Positions 29,126 through 51,382 of a stretch of DNA of 64,000 nt are shown here, in pieces (within the stretch, counting starts at the first letter, position 1; every line of letters begins with the position of its first letter). The stretch comes from Hormiphora californensis (taxonomy: Eukaryota > Animalia > Ctenophora): NCBI GenBank assembly GCA_020137815.1, contig CM035358.1, forward strand, positions 6,882,001 to 6,946,000. The letters run 5' to 3'. The notes beneath the pieces are model-generated. The model was not told the origin of the DNA. It was given only the letters and a program-made list of their open reading frames with translations, and made no database searches. Both the position numbers and the translations under genes were made by a program.

Positions 29126-29129
29126 GGGG

Positions 29130-29185
<56 letters not shown>

Positions 29186-29201
29186 AAGATATTAGAATAT
29201 A

Positions 29202-30088
29202 CAGGGGTGGGCATAAAAAATGTCCGCCCTAGACTAGCATAGTTCCAGATATCGTATAGGGCTAAAACTTGGCAGAGTTACTCTATAGAACAAATAAATA
29301 GGTTGACCAAAATTTCAGACTTTTAGCTCAAAGTTCATTTTTTTGATCGGAATGAACATTGTCAGTCATTCCAAAAAACATGAATTTTCGGTCCAGAATT
29401 CAAACAATTGTCTTTGGCTATCGAATTTCTTTCAAATGCGACCAAGAAAATCGAAAACGGACAAACACAAGGCACACAGAGGTCATGTTTCCGACAGTTA
29501 GTCAAGTCACGTGATCCCTATCGAATCGTGGACTATTCTGAATTGCTAATCAGGATTAGTGGTGGAGAATCACGTATCACAGCCGCCAATGAGGGATGAC
29601 GAAGATGATTGGCCATGAGATCCGAGACTCATTAAGAAGTGGCCTCTTTATCCCAGTGCTCTCGAATCACATGTCGCTTTTTCGATACACATTCCTCATT
29701 AGCGGCTATGATACGTGATTCTTCCCCAATAAGCCTGACCAGCAATTCAGAAAGTTGTCCACGATTCGGTGAGGATCACATGACCTGACTAACTGCCAGA
29801 AACATGATCACTGTGTGCCTTGTGGTTGTCTGTGTTCGATTTTCTTGGTCGCATTTGAAAGAAATTCGATAGCCAAAGACAATTGTTTGACTTCTGGAGC
29901 AAAAATTTATGTTTTTTTGGAATGAATGACAATGTTCATTCCGATCAAAAAATGAACTTTGAGCTAAAAGTCTGCAATTTTGGTCAACCTATTTATTTGT
30001 CCCATAGAGTAACTCTGCCAAATTTTGGCGCTCTACAATATCTGGAACCATGCTAGTCTAGGGCGGACATTTTTTATGCCCACCCCTG
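29202..30088. mobile_element. Palindromic Tc1/mariner-type non-autonomous element (TA TSD)
   Basis: TA-CAGGGGTGGGCATAAAAAATGTCC../..GGACATTTTTTATGCCCACCCCTG-TA. Imperfect arms span almost the whole 887 bp. Confidence 0.88.
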
Positions 30089-30831
30089 TATAATTGTTCC
30101 ATTGTTCCTCTCCCTACTAAATCTCCTCCTCGTACCAGGCTTCGAACCCAGTGTGAAACCATTGTGAGACATGTTTATAGTTCTCACATGTCTACTGAGT
30201 AGGGTGTCCCTTCCTTCCTTCCAATAATTTCTCCAGTGTAGCTTCCCAGTACACTTTGAATCTCGTGATCACGCAAGAGTATCCTTTTCTGTCTCAGACA
30301 GATTTCTTTCGCAAAACTGCAGCAGACAGTGTCTGCCGTGTGCAAAAGAAATACTTGACAGATATACCTACTCAATCCAAATTGTTTTGTCTCTATTGTA
30401 TTCCATGGCATTATAGGTCCCATACTATTCTGAAGACTAACTCATAATTGTGAATTGTTTAGGGCTATGGGGTCGGCACTAGTGCGATGTTGCTACACCA
30501 CCGGCTCCTTTAACACCAACCCTAAGTCGGTAAAAACCTTATTAATTTGTGGTTTCTGTAATACAAATACCAACTAAATATATGGCTAGTTACTGATACA
30601 AATAAAACAGTTGTGGCTAAGTCCCGTTTATAGATTTCTATCTCAAAGTTACCTCGATTACCCTATTTGACTGCAACTCTGTTTCAGATCATGGAGAGCC
30701 AGCAAAAGAAGAGCCTGCAGGAGTTGAAATTGAAGCGAGCACAATCGGAGAACCAGTTTGTGGCTAAGATGGTAGAAAGGAGATATGTCAAGACAGACTC
30801 GAAAAACTCGGACCTAGGGAGTTGTTGTGGT

Positions 30832-30910
30832 CTCTGATTGGCTGATAACCAGTCACGTGACCTAAATAACGAGTTCTGATTGGTTGTTTACTTGGTTCGG
30901 TCGGTTCCTG
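30832..30910 (-). mobile_element. Partial reverse copy of the 109-bp hAT-type MITE
   Basis: Reverse complement of the 27571 element core, ending GGTTCCTG. Confidence 0.8.
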
Positions 30911-31703
30911 TTGTGAGGGTGATTGAGGGATATAGAGGTAGAAAAAGGAACTGACATTCGAGTTTTAATTCTGGTTTGTGTTTTAGTTCTGATTTGTGCT
31001 TGAAGTCTTATAGTTCTGTAAAATTGGTTAATTTTGGCAACCACCTGAGTCAGAGGATTGAGTTCCCTATCTTTCTTTCTTTCGTCTTTCTAATTTCTAT
31101 CATCTCACCCCTCTCCCTCTCCCTCTCTTTTTCTCTCTATCTCCCTCTCCTCTCTCTATCTCCCTTCTCTCTCTCTCAATTATTTACGGTCGTTGCAGCT
31201 GTCATTTAATTGTCCTTCCTCATCTGACTTCGAAGTTAGGAAAATATAGAGAATGATAGGAGGCTAGATTCTTTCAGAAAGGGAGAGAGGGACAGAGATA
31301 TATATATAGTGAGGGAGACTGAGAGAGACAGATAGAGAGTGGGACCTGGATAGGACGAGAGAAAAAAAAGAGACAAATCAGGGAGAATCAGAGAAGATCA
31401 TTCTATGAAGGAAAGGATAGGGCGGCTGGAGATCCTGACAGATTGCATAGGAATTTAGGCCTATCTCTTTTTTGCTATGATTATCTTGTGTTTCGTTCAC
31501 AAATAGTTGCTCGGGATAGCTCCTGATTTGTTGATGCTATATCCTGTCTAAAGATATTTTCTTGGTGATTCTATATGTTGTGCGATATAGTTGTTATTGC
31601 AACCCTTTGCGACTTAGTTCAGTTGCCATAGGCGACATTGGCATTGTTTTCTAGACGATCACCAATTATCAGAGGGATAGAATTATAGAGAACGATAAAC
31701 AGA

Positions 31704-31756
<53 letters not shown>

Positions 31757-31764
31757 AAGAGAGA

Positions 31765-31844
<80 letters not shown>

Positions 31845-31859
31845 GGGAGAGAGAGAGGA

Positions 31860-31896
<37 letters not shown>

Positions 31897-32314
31897 ACTA
31901 GCAGAAAGAGGAAGAACTCTATTTCCGTCATTAGATCTGAAGTGTTCTTATTCTTTCTGACTTCAATTCCTCTTTATCTATCCCCCTCTCCCTCTCTATC
32001 TCTCTCTCTCTCCCGTTTGTCCTACTCTACTTAATCGCCCTGTAGTTACAGACTGGTCTTTTGTCATATAATAGGCCAATATAATATGTCCTAGCTAGGA
32101 CTCTCTCGTTTTATCGTCCTACTTACCTACTTAGGACGGCGTGAAAACGATAGGTAGCTAGAGAATTAGAAAGATGAATACTTAGCTTTTTCATTGAGAG
32201 AATAAGTTTCGAGAAAAAACGATAGCCATAGATAGAGAATATATACGAAGATAGGAAGATAGATACAGATAGAGAGATAGAGATAAATAGAAAAATGGAT
32301 ACAAATAGAGAGAT

Positions 32315-32363
<49 letters not shown>

Positions 32364-33750
32364 TAGTGATAGAGAGATATAAAGATAGAGATAGAAACAG
32401 TTAACAATGACCATTGTGACTAAACTACGCATAAATACGCACTGTATTTGAGATATATCGCTACTATAATTGTAATATACAGATACTCAAGACCACTAGC
32501 CTACTGAAATGAATAATTGATTTCTTGTTCAATATTTTCTATCATAAATATTACTGTTTAACTGAACTTGCTCAGTATATTAATCGAATACATGTCTAAC
32601 TGTAATGATCATAACAAATTGACTCATCCTGTTGTTCAGTTTGCTGTTGTGATCGATCATGGCAACTCTGCGTTAGTAGTAGGATCAGAGGATGGTGTTG
32701 TGAACCTCAAGCACTTCCACCCACATGTACTGCCGCTGTGGGATACAGTGCTTACTCACCGTCAGGCCAATGCTCTGACAACTTCCTCATACTCTAGGCT
32801 ACCCTAGTTGCCTGATTGCCTTATAGTTCTCCCACTTGCAAGGGATATTGGCCCATACCTTACTTTCTACCAAGCACACATATTCAGACTGAGGTTTAAA
32901 CAAAGATTCAGATTCGGGATAATGACAACACAAGAAGGATATAGAATGACGTTGTAAAATAGTAGAATCATAGCACCTTAAGAACTATAGCTTCTAGAAT
33001 TTTCATTTACAGCTTCTTAATCCTTAATTATTTAGAGTTTTATAAAAATGAAAAAGACGCCTGCTGCTGATATGAAAGAGACGGTAAAATTTTGGAATGG
33101 AAAAAGGAATTCTCGAGTTCTGCATACCTTTGCTTGCTATAACCTGCACTAAATGCTTGCCTTAACCTCTAACTGTTGTCATTTAAATTTTGAATGATCT
33201 TGTCCTACTTTGTATCGAGAAGTTAAAACTAAATTGAAATCGAATAATTAAAACATCCGCCCTTTCCGAAGTTTTTAAAGCAGACATCGTGTTTTCATAT
33301 CTCGAGAGAACCCGTCCAGGATCCATTTGAGGGGATGGGATCCTTTGGGGCTTACTACATTGCCGCTCAGGCACTACAAAATCAGGACTCTGAAACAGGT
33401 TAGTGGAGAACTCTGTGGGGCCTGCTAGGCGCATTTTAGTTTCATTTTGATGTGACTCGCTCATACCCCATTTAACATTTTCTCTAAAAAAGGGCCCAAT
33501 AATGTATGTACATGATTGCTATTCCAGATTTGGTGCAAGATAGTGGGGAGTTTGTCCGGTTAAAGCCGAATTGGAGAATCTCTGTGCGTCGAATATTAAA
33601 TCTCATCAGGTATAATAATGAATGGTCTCGTTAGCTAACCATCGACAGGAATAAAATAACCATGGACAGGAATAAAATAACCATTGATTTGATTTGATGA
33701 GAGCGGTTGCTTTTCTATGACAGCATATAATAAATATTTATCTCTATAAG

Positions 33751-43483
<9,733 letters not shown>

Positions 43484-43543
43484 GGAGAGGGGGAGAGAGG
43501 GGGAGAGAAGGAGGAGAGGGAGGGGGAGAGAGAGAGGGAGGGT

Positions 43544-43679
<136 letters not shown>

Positions 43680-44276
43680 GAGATACATAGAATGAATCTG
43701 ACCGATTAATTCTGACTGCCATGCGCTAGAGACGTTTTTACTAATCAAGTTTTTACAAATTAAGAGAACTAATGCTGTTTCTGGTGTTTTGTGATGTATT
43801 TTTTTGTTTGTTCAACAAATAAAATTTGTTTAAATGAAAACAACTTAACTTGTTAATTACCTTCAATCGTATAGTATGCTTCAGTCAAGAGGTGGAGCTT
43901 GTAACCAGGGACGCCAATTGTCAGGTAGATCCTCAGCGGTGTTGGTAGGTAGATCCTCAATCCAGAGCGGCATCTTGAAATTCATTTCTAGCTAGAAATA
44001 ACAAAATATGTTATGGGTTACTTTGGCTGTGCAATAAAATAAATCAGCTGAACATCACATAAAAGTTTTCACAGTCAAAATACACAAAATCAATGCGTTC
44101 AAAATAATATCATCCCATCCTTTAATCCCCGTCGATTACAGTCCGTATGAACACAACTCCTTCAACTGATTGGTAACGAAGTTACCCCTTCCTTGTCAGA
44201 CCGCGAGGGGTTATTTCGTAATTCAGCTGATATCAGTCTCTTTCTCCCACAAATCTCAGAACAAGCCATGTTGTTA

Positions 44277-46360
44277 TCAGTGCCCCTGCGGTGATCGGAC
44301 TGTCTTGGTCTTGGCTGGTTTCCTCTTCAGAGAGTGTCGCTTCTTCAAGTTCTCATTACCACCACCCTGATATGAGAGAGAGTGTTACTCCACCGCAAAG
44401 TTATTTGTTCATCACGTACAAAGACAATGAACAAAGCAGCGGTTTGATCTTGTTCGCTTCGCAATCACTGAAGGCACACATGTGTGTAAATGGACTAATG
44501 ATAACAGAATTATTAGTAGTAGTATAACATTTATGGAGAACAGAATCTCAAAACAAATACATATGCTATTGCTCCTAATACAACTACTTTATTGTTGGGT
44601 ACATAATCTAACAACAGACACAAAAAGGAGAGAGAGTTTTCGATATGTTTCCATGGTTAAAACATGATTTCCATGGTTACAAAATAGTTTCCATGGTTAC
44701 AACAACACGATATAGGGGACCTGGAGGAGTAGGACACGACGCATAGAGGGCGCCCGATCTGGGACTCGGACGGAGGAGTTAAAAAGAGAACCTCTTGAGC
44801 CGTGAGGTGGTACTCCTATCTCATCTTCCTTGCAGAAGTTAGTTGGGGAGGGGAGGTAAGGACGGGTTAGAGTTAGTAGGGTGAGGAGGGATCGGAGAGG
44901 AGATGGTCGAATGGGACTTGGGAGGGGATTATATAGGTAGCAGTACTAATATCACGTGTCAAGGGTAACAACAAACAGCTGAAAGGGGTGGTTACAACAG
45001 CCGCGTTACAACACACACGGTATACCAACATGAGTTTTAAATCTATAACGGGGTACCCGGAACTCAGGGCGGATGGGCTGGTAACGCAATTACCCCTATA
45101 TTGCGGGCACGCTAAAACGTGCCTTGCTATCGCAATGCCCTATGTACAGAGGGGCAATTTCATTACCAACGTATCCGGCCGGAACTCAATAATGTGTATC
45201 CAAGAGTCGCCACATGACACCTTGTGGTAACCATGGTGACCGACCTTATGCTACCTGAGACACAACAGAGTGCAATATATGTAGCTTACCGGGCTAAGAG
45301 GTTGTCGTTCGAGTTGTTGAGGGGTGTAATCCAGACATGATACAAGGATGAGATTCTGTGCCTTGAACCGGTCTAGTAACACAGATAACTCGGCTAGATC
45401 CTCGGGTCTGAAGAAATACGTGGAATTAACATGACCATGAAAATACGTGGAATTATTTCATCGCTCCTTTTGGCCACATAAAGTTGACAACAAGAATTAT
45501 TATTGCATTATGTTTCATAATGCTGTGTTTCCCTGCCAACGAATACTCCAGACGATACCGTGCAATGTGATCTGATCGTCGTCCGCCAACGCCTAATTAC
45601 AATGTTATGTGACACTAAGCTATGCATGGGAAACTTCTCACGTTCCCTCAGTCACCATACTAACGAGCTGAGCTTTCAACGCCTTTAAGTTTCAAGAAGT
45701 TAAATCCATTCGATCGCTAATAGTATAGCACCGCTATGCTGTAACGCGCGAGGTGTGTATACATACGCTGCATTGAGAGCGCCGCGCGCAGGCAAATTTT
45801 GAGCGCGTGCCACCACAATCCGTAGTGAAATAACTTTGCGGACGAACTTTTCAAATTGTCAGCATCGCGGTTGTCAGGCTGCTACCGTGACACACGCGAT
45901 TTTGACCACGCTCGAGTTACTATTTCAAATCCGAGATTTCTAAACCCTTTATGATCTTTTTAGCACACGTGCTAAAACGATCATCCGGGTGGATGCCCTT
46001 CGGGCATCCACCCGGGCAGGGAAAAAATGAAAACAATATCGAATGTAATAAATGGAGATTGAAAATACGGAATCCAAAAACTAACGTTATTCCGGTGGTA
46101 ATCCATCGATCATGACCTGAATCTTCCCTCTACACTCCTTGTGGTAACCATGGTAACCGAATTATATATGGTTACCATGGTAACAGCCTAACTTACGTTA
46201 TTCCGGTGGTAGGAAGCCCATCGATCATGACCTGAATCTTCCCTCTACACTCCTTGTTCATATTGCTACTAAACAACAGTTTACACGCCTCTAGATCCAG
46301 TCTGGCTTGAAGTGATCCGTTCTTGCACATGCCTTTCACTTCTGCCAACATCGCACACAC
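44277..46360 (-). CDS. 3' exons of an unidentified spliced gene
   Basis: In-phase GT-AG exons ~46195-46360 (VCAMLAEVKG..PTTGIT), ~45289-45407 (PEDLAELSVLLDRF..PLSP) and probable last exon ~44277-44366. No family recognised. Confidence 0.45.
45528..46024. mobile_element. Unclassified element with 10-bp terminal IR and strong subterminal hairpins
   Basis: TTTCCCTGCC/GGCAGGGAAA ends. Hairpin CCGGGTGGATGCCC-TTC-GGGCATCCACCCGG at ~45985-46015. Confidence 0.35.
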
Positions 46361-47579
46361 CTGTACAAGGGTGGTTAGTATGGTGACATATATAGGGGGG
46401 GGTGCAGCTGTAACTTCTGACAACATCGCACACACCTGTACAAGGGGGGGGGGGTTACTATGGTGACATTTGGTGACTTTTAGTGTCACCTATACAAGGG
46501 GGATTGGACTGGAAACTTTAGACGTAGACGGGTATAACAGGAAGGGGGAGGCGGCCTTTTTAGGCAGGTGAGAAGAAGCCCGACCGGTTAAGGGACCCTT
46601 TAAGGGAGCCTTTTAAGGACCCTAGAAAGTTAAGGGACCCTTTAAGGGACCCTAGAAAGTTAAGGGACCCTAATCCTTGGTGCCAAATTAAAAGTTTGGT
46701 GAAAAGATGACGTCTCTATCAATTAAAGAGAAACAACGATTTTGCAGTTTGTGTTATGAAGGAACAAACATTATTCCAAATAACATTCTTACATTCAGAC
46801 ACATTCTTACATTCAGACACAATGTCTGACACACCCCTGCGACACATTATATTACACACATTTTTGGCATAAATGATAATTAATACGGCAACAATACAAT
46901 AATCACAATCAAGCAGTCCTCTTAGCAACGCGGCGAGGAATGACTCTGCCCTGCTCCACCAGTTCCTTCAGTTTTGCCTCGTTGTCTGGCTCCTCTAATA
47001 TAGCACAGCAGGTGGACTCCATGTTGTTCAGTGTTGCAGAGGGAAGGAAGACAGCTTCAAATCTCTGAGGGTCCACTTTCTGTAGTTCAGCGATAAACCG
47101 GATTCTCCGAAACTGAGTCTTGCTCACTGATGCCTCCTCCATTGCCGCGGTGAGGTTAACTCCTTTCTGGTAGAGGTTGTTTATCTTGTTGTACTGCTCC
47201 ACCAACTCCTCGGATTTTTTAGTTCTTCTCCTTTTTCTGGAAGGCTCCTCTGCGATAGCGGTGTTGGACTCCTCTGGGACAGAAGGGGTAGGCTCTGGGA
47301 CAGAAGGTATAGGCTCCTCTGCATCTGGGATGGCGGTGGTAGGCTCCTCTGCATCTGGGATGGCGGTGGTAGGCTCCTCTGCATCTGGGATGGCGGTGGT
47401 ACTGGTAGGCTCCTCTGCATCTGGGATGGCGGTGGTAGGCGGGGGGGGGGGGGGTTCCAACCTATTTTTTTGTATTTTTTTGTATGTTTTTGTACGGGCC
47501 ATACAAAAAAATATCCAAAATTCTTGTTTTTTTCCGTACAAAAAAATACAAAAAAATACAAAAAATACAAAATATTTAA

Positions 47580-48004
47580 AGGTTGACAAGATACCTAAAA
47601 CTTTTCGTATATCGTCTTATTTTCAGCATTTTTTCAGAATTTTTTGTCGGCTAGAAATATGTGCAAAATAGGGGGGATTCTGATAAACGAGAGGCGCAAT
47701 TTGACACCGTAATATCTCCGGTTCCTGATGAGATACAGAAACCGTTTTGGTAGCGTTGGAAAGGTCTTATTGAGACCAATCCAACGCAACCAAGATCAAG
47801 TAGCTATCTTTTGAGGAACCGGAAACGTGAATTTCAATTTGCGAGACGCAGTGAGTGTGCCCAGTAAAACCAGTGCTGACAATATCGGTAGACCCCCTAT
47901 TTCGAATTTTTTTCTAGCCGACAAAAATTCTGAAAAAATGCTGTAAATTAATGATAAATCAAAATAAGACGATATACGAAAAGTTTTAGGTATCTTGTCA
48001 ACCT
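47580..48004. mobile_element. Kolobok-like MITE (TTAA TSD, AGG termini)
   Basis: TTAA-AGGTTGACAAGATACCTAAAAC../..GTTTTAGGTATCTTGTCAACCT-TTAA. Confidence 0.82.
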
Positions 48005-48140
48005 TTAAGGGTATATGGGTGCCTGATAAACGTGTAAATAATACATAGACGGGTTCCTTTTTTGCCCATGTACCACCTAGGAACGTTTTAGTTCCATTGT
48101 CACGCATTTTATTCCCTAAAAGTGTTACATTATACATGTA

Positions 48141-49467
48141 ACGGGTGATAACTAAAAGATGTCACAAAATTAAAACGGCTGTAGATCAGCCGGTATTGGG
48201 TATGGGAAAATAATATTGATAACATAGATAGCTCTAACGGTTAGCTTCATGATGATAATGGAAAATCTATCATACTACCACATCTCTTCCTGTAATGCCA
48301 GACAACCAACAGCTAGTTCGAGACCGGGTTGTCCGGTTTTACCAACGTGTCTTACCAGGGAATAGACATGCTAAGAGGGACACTGTAAGGCACTTCGAAG
48401 CCGAGGGTGAGCACAGAAAGACTATCTATAGAATAATTAATACCTTTATCACCCGGGGTAGCACTGAGAGGAAGATAGGCTCCGGTAGGAAGGCCAGGAT
48501 TATGACCCCTTATCAATGCCGCCGATTGAAGAGGTTAGTGGACCACCGCACTGGGGTTTCACAGCGCCGTCTCGCCGTCAAATTTGGGTGCACCCAGCCG
48601 TACATCTCCAAGGCCATCAAGAAACTTGGAATTGCTTGTAGAAAGAGGTCTAAGGTACCTTTTTACCGGAGTGCAACAGCGATGAGCATCGCCCAGAGAG
48701 CCTGCAGGAGATTGCACGACAAGTGGAGACTGGTGGACTTTATCATCGATGATGAGAAGTATTTCGGACTCAGCGGGTACCAGATGAGTGGCAATCGGTC
48801 CTTCTACACCTCAGACATCACTGCCACCCCTGATTCAGTCGCAACATTTGGTAAACAGAAGTTTGAACCCAAGGTTCTTCTGTGGATTGCCATTTCACGC
48901 AAGGGGATTTCCAAGCCTGTTCTGATATCTGGGCGGGGGATGGCGATTGACAAGCACAAGTACGTGAACAGCTGCCTCAAGCCCGGTCTCCTCCCCTTCA
49001 TCAGGAAGCACTACCCCAACGGTGGGTACGTCTTTTGGCCCGATAAGGCAAGTGCCCATTATGCAGATCACACACTCTCTTTTCTGAGGAGAAAGAAGAT
49101 AGACTTTGTGCAGAAGGACGACAACCCTACAAGTGTGCCACAGTGCAGACCCATCGAAGACTTCTTCGGACTGTTGGCGACACGAGTGTACCAGGGAAAC
49201 TGGGTTGCTAGGGACGTGGAGGAGCTCAAGAGGCGGATAAGAAGATGCCTGAAAGACATCCCTCAACCAACCGTACAAGCGGCTATGGACACTGTTAAGA
49301 GGAAGCTACTGAGAGCCTACAGGAGAGGACTTCTTTCCGTTTGTCATTGATGTTTTTTGTTCAAAATTGTCTGAAAAATCGTTGTATCACTGGCGCGAAG
49401 GTCTATCTCGAAAGGGAAAAAATCTACAGCCGTTTTAATTTTGTGACATCTTTTAGTTATCACCCGT
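48141..49467 (+). mobile_element. Full-length ITmD37E (DD37E) Tc1/mariner transposon
   Basis: Perfect 46-bp TIRs (ACGGGTGATAACTAAAAGATGTCAC..), TA TSD and an intact transposase ORF. Confidence 0.95.
48295..49350 (+). CDS. DD37E transposase, 351 aa
   Basis: N-terminal HTH with GSGRK linker. Catalytic motifs IDDEKYF, FWPDKASAHYA and PQCRPIEDFF, with 37 residues between the second D and E (counted). Confidence 0.95.
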   Translation: MPDNQQLVRDRVVRFYQRVLPGNRHAKRDTVRHFEAEGEHRKTIYRIINTFITRGSTERKIGSGRKARIMTPYQCRRLKRLVDHRTGVSQRRLAVKFGCTQPYISKAIKKLGIACRKRSKVPFYRSATAMSIAQRACRRLHDKWRLVDFIIDDEKYFGLSGYQMSGNRSFYTSDITATPDSVATFGKQKFEPKVLLWIAISRKGISKPVLISGRGMAIDKHKYVNSCLKPGLLPFIRKHYPNGGYVFWPDKASAHYADHTLSFLRRKKIDFVQKDDNPTSVPQCRPIEDFFGLLATRVYQGNWVARDVEELKRRIRRCLKDIPQPTVQAAMDTVKRKLLRAYRRGLLSVCH

Positions 49468-49509
49468 TAATACATATATGAAAAAGTACATGTTCTTGAA
49501 ATTTGGAAA

Positions 49510-50382
49510 AGCAAACATGATTGATTCAGATAACGATTCGAGAAAATTTTCTCGGTTAGAAGTTATGATTCGAGAAACTTTCTCGGTAAGAAATTGTCAT
49601 TAGAGATAACTTTCTCCCTAAGAAATTGCGATTCGAGAAAACTTTCTCGCTAAAAAATTGCGATAAGAGAAAAATTTTCGCTAAGAAGTTGTGATTCGAA
49701 AAATTTTCTCTCCTAGAAATATCGATTCAAGAAAAATTTTTCTGTAAGAAATTGCGATTCGGGAAAATTTCTCTCGCTTAGAAATTGCGATTTGGAAAAA
49801 TTTTCTCGCTTTGAAATGTCGATTCGAGAAAATTTTCTTGGTTCGAAATTACGATTCGAGAAAATTCTCTCGGTAAGAAATTGCGATTCGGAAAAATTTT
49901 CTCGCTTAGAAATGTCGATTCGAGAAAAATTTCTTGGTTCCAAATTACGATTCGAGAAAATTTTCTCGGTAAGAAATTGCGATTCGAAAAAATTTTCTCG
50001 CTTAGAAATGTCGATTCGAGAAAAATTTCTTGGTTCGAAATTACGATTCGAGAAAATTTTCTCGGTAAGAAATTACGATTCGGGAAAATTTTCTCGCTTA
50101 GAAATGTCGATTCAAGAAAAATTTCTTGGTTCGAAATTACGATTCGAGAAAATTTTCTCGGTAAGAAATTACGATTCGGGAAAATTTTCTCGCTTACAAA
50201 TTTCGATTCGAGAAAAATTTCTTGGTTCCAAATTACGATTCGAGAAAATTTTCTCGGTAAGAAATTACGATTCGGGAAAATTTTCTAGTTTACAAATTTC
50301 GATTCGAGAAAAATTTCTTGGTTCGAAATTACGATTCGAGAAAGTTTTCTCGGTAAGAAATTGCGATTCGAGAAAGTTTTCT
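49510..50382. repeat. 32-bp minisatellite with 96-bp higher-order periodicity
   Basis: Unit ~TTACGATTCGAGAAAATTTTCTCGGTAAGAAA. The array resumes at 54160-54180 after the inserted element. Confidence 0.92.
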
Positions 50383-51382
50383 GGCAGGTCGGTAGAACTT
50401 CGACAGAATTTAGGGCAGGTCTGAATTTAGGGCAGGTCTGAATTTAGGGCAGGTCTGAATTTAGGGCAGGTCTGAATTTAGGGCAGGTCTGAATTTAGGG
50501 CAGGTCAATTTAGGGCAGGTCTGAGTACTAAGCATGTGAATGCGATTCGGGGAAGCTTATTAGCGGTGTGAGACGATAAGAGATATGGAACATGATTCGG
50601 GGAAGCCAATCAGGAGTGTTAGACGATATGAGACACGATTCGGTGAAGGTTTCTATCGCTTTCCATCCCTAGACCCTATACCCCTCTCTGGAACATGATT
50701 CGGGGAAGCCAATCAGGAGTGTTAGACGATGGATATGAGATACGATTCGTGGAAGGTTTCTATCGCTTTCCATCCCTATATAAGCCATTGGTTAGATAGC
50801 AACATGGGACAGCCCTACCTTTGTAGACTGTACCCATGGGGTACTGGCGGTATACAAGCGTTAATATTATTATTATTATTATTATTATTATCCCCCTCTC
50901 TGTTCGCTATGTCTCTCTTTCTTTCTCTTTCTTTCTCTTTCCTTTTCTATGACGGGAGAAAGAGAGACATGGAGAAAGAGAGATACCCTTAACTTGCGCT
51001 GCCCCTCCCCCCTCTCTCTCTAGCTCTCCCCGATCTTATTCAGCCGATCGGCGCCAAGCTGCCGGCTGCCCCTTTCCTACTCGGAACAAGTATTTCTACT
51101 GTAAGATTTTCACGGTAGGAACATATCTCTCAAAAGCCCCATTCTATGGAAGAAAATAATGATTTCACCGACTAAACTAATCTTTGAGTAAAGATAAACC
51201 CGAGCAAAAATAGGCAATAGCACTCGCTTGATCTTTGCGTTTTTTCCACAGACTTCATACGATTATTAAATCTTGTATTACTTTGTAATCAGCTCCAGAA
51301 TCTTGATCCTGTCGAGCGCTTTACCAGAAATCCCTTTACAAGCAAAGACTTCATACATATATTTAAAAAAAAGATAATATTG

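Noticed and set aside
49713-50424. 210-aa repeat protein ORF
   Set aside because: Translation of the 32/96-bp satellite.
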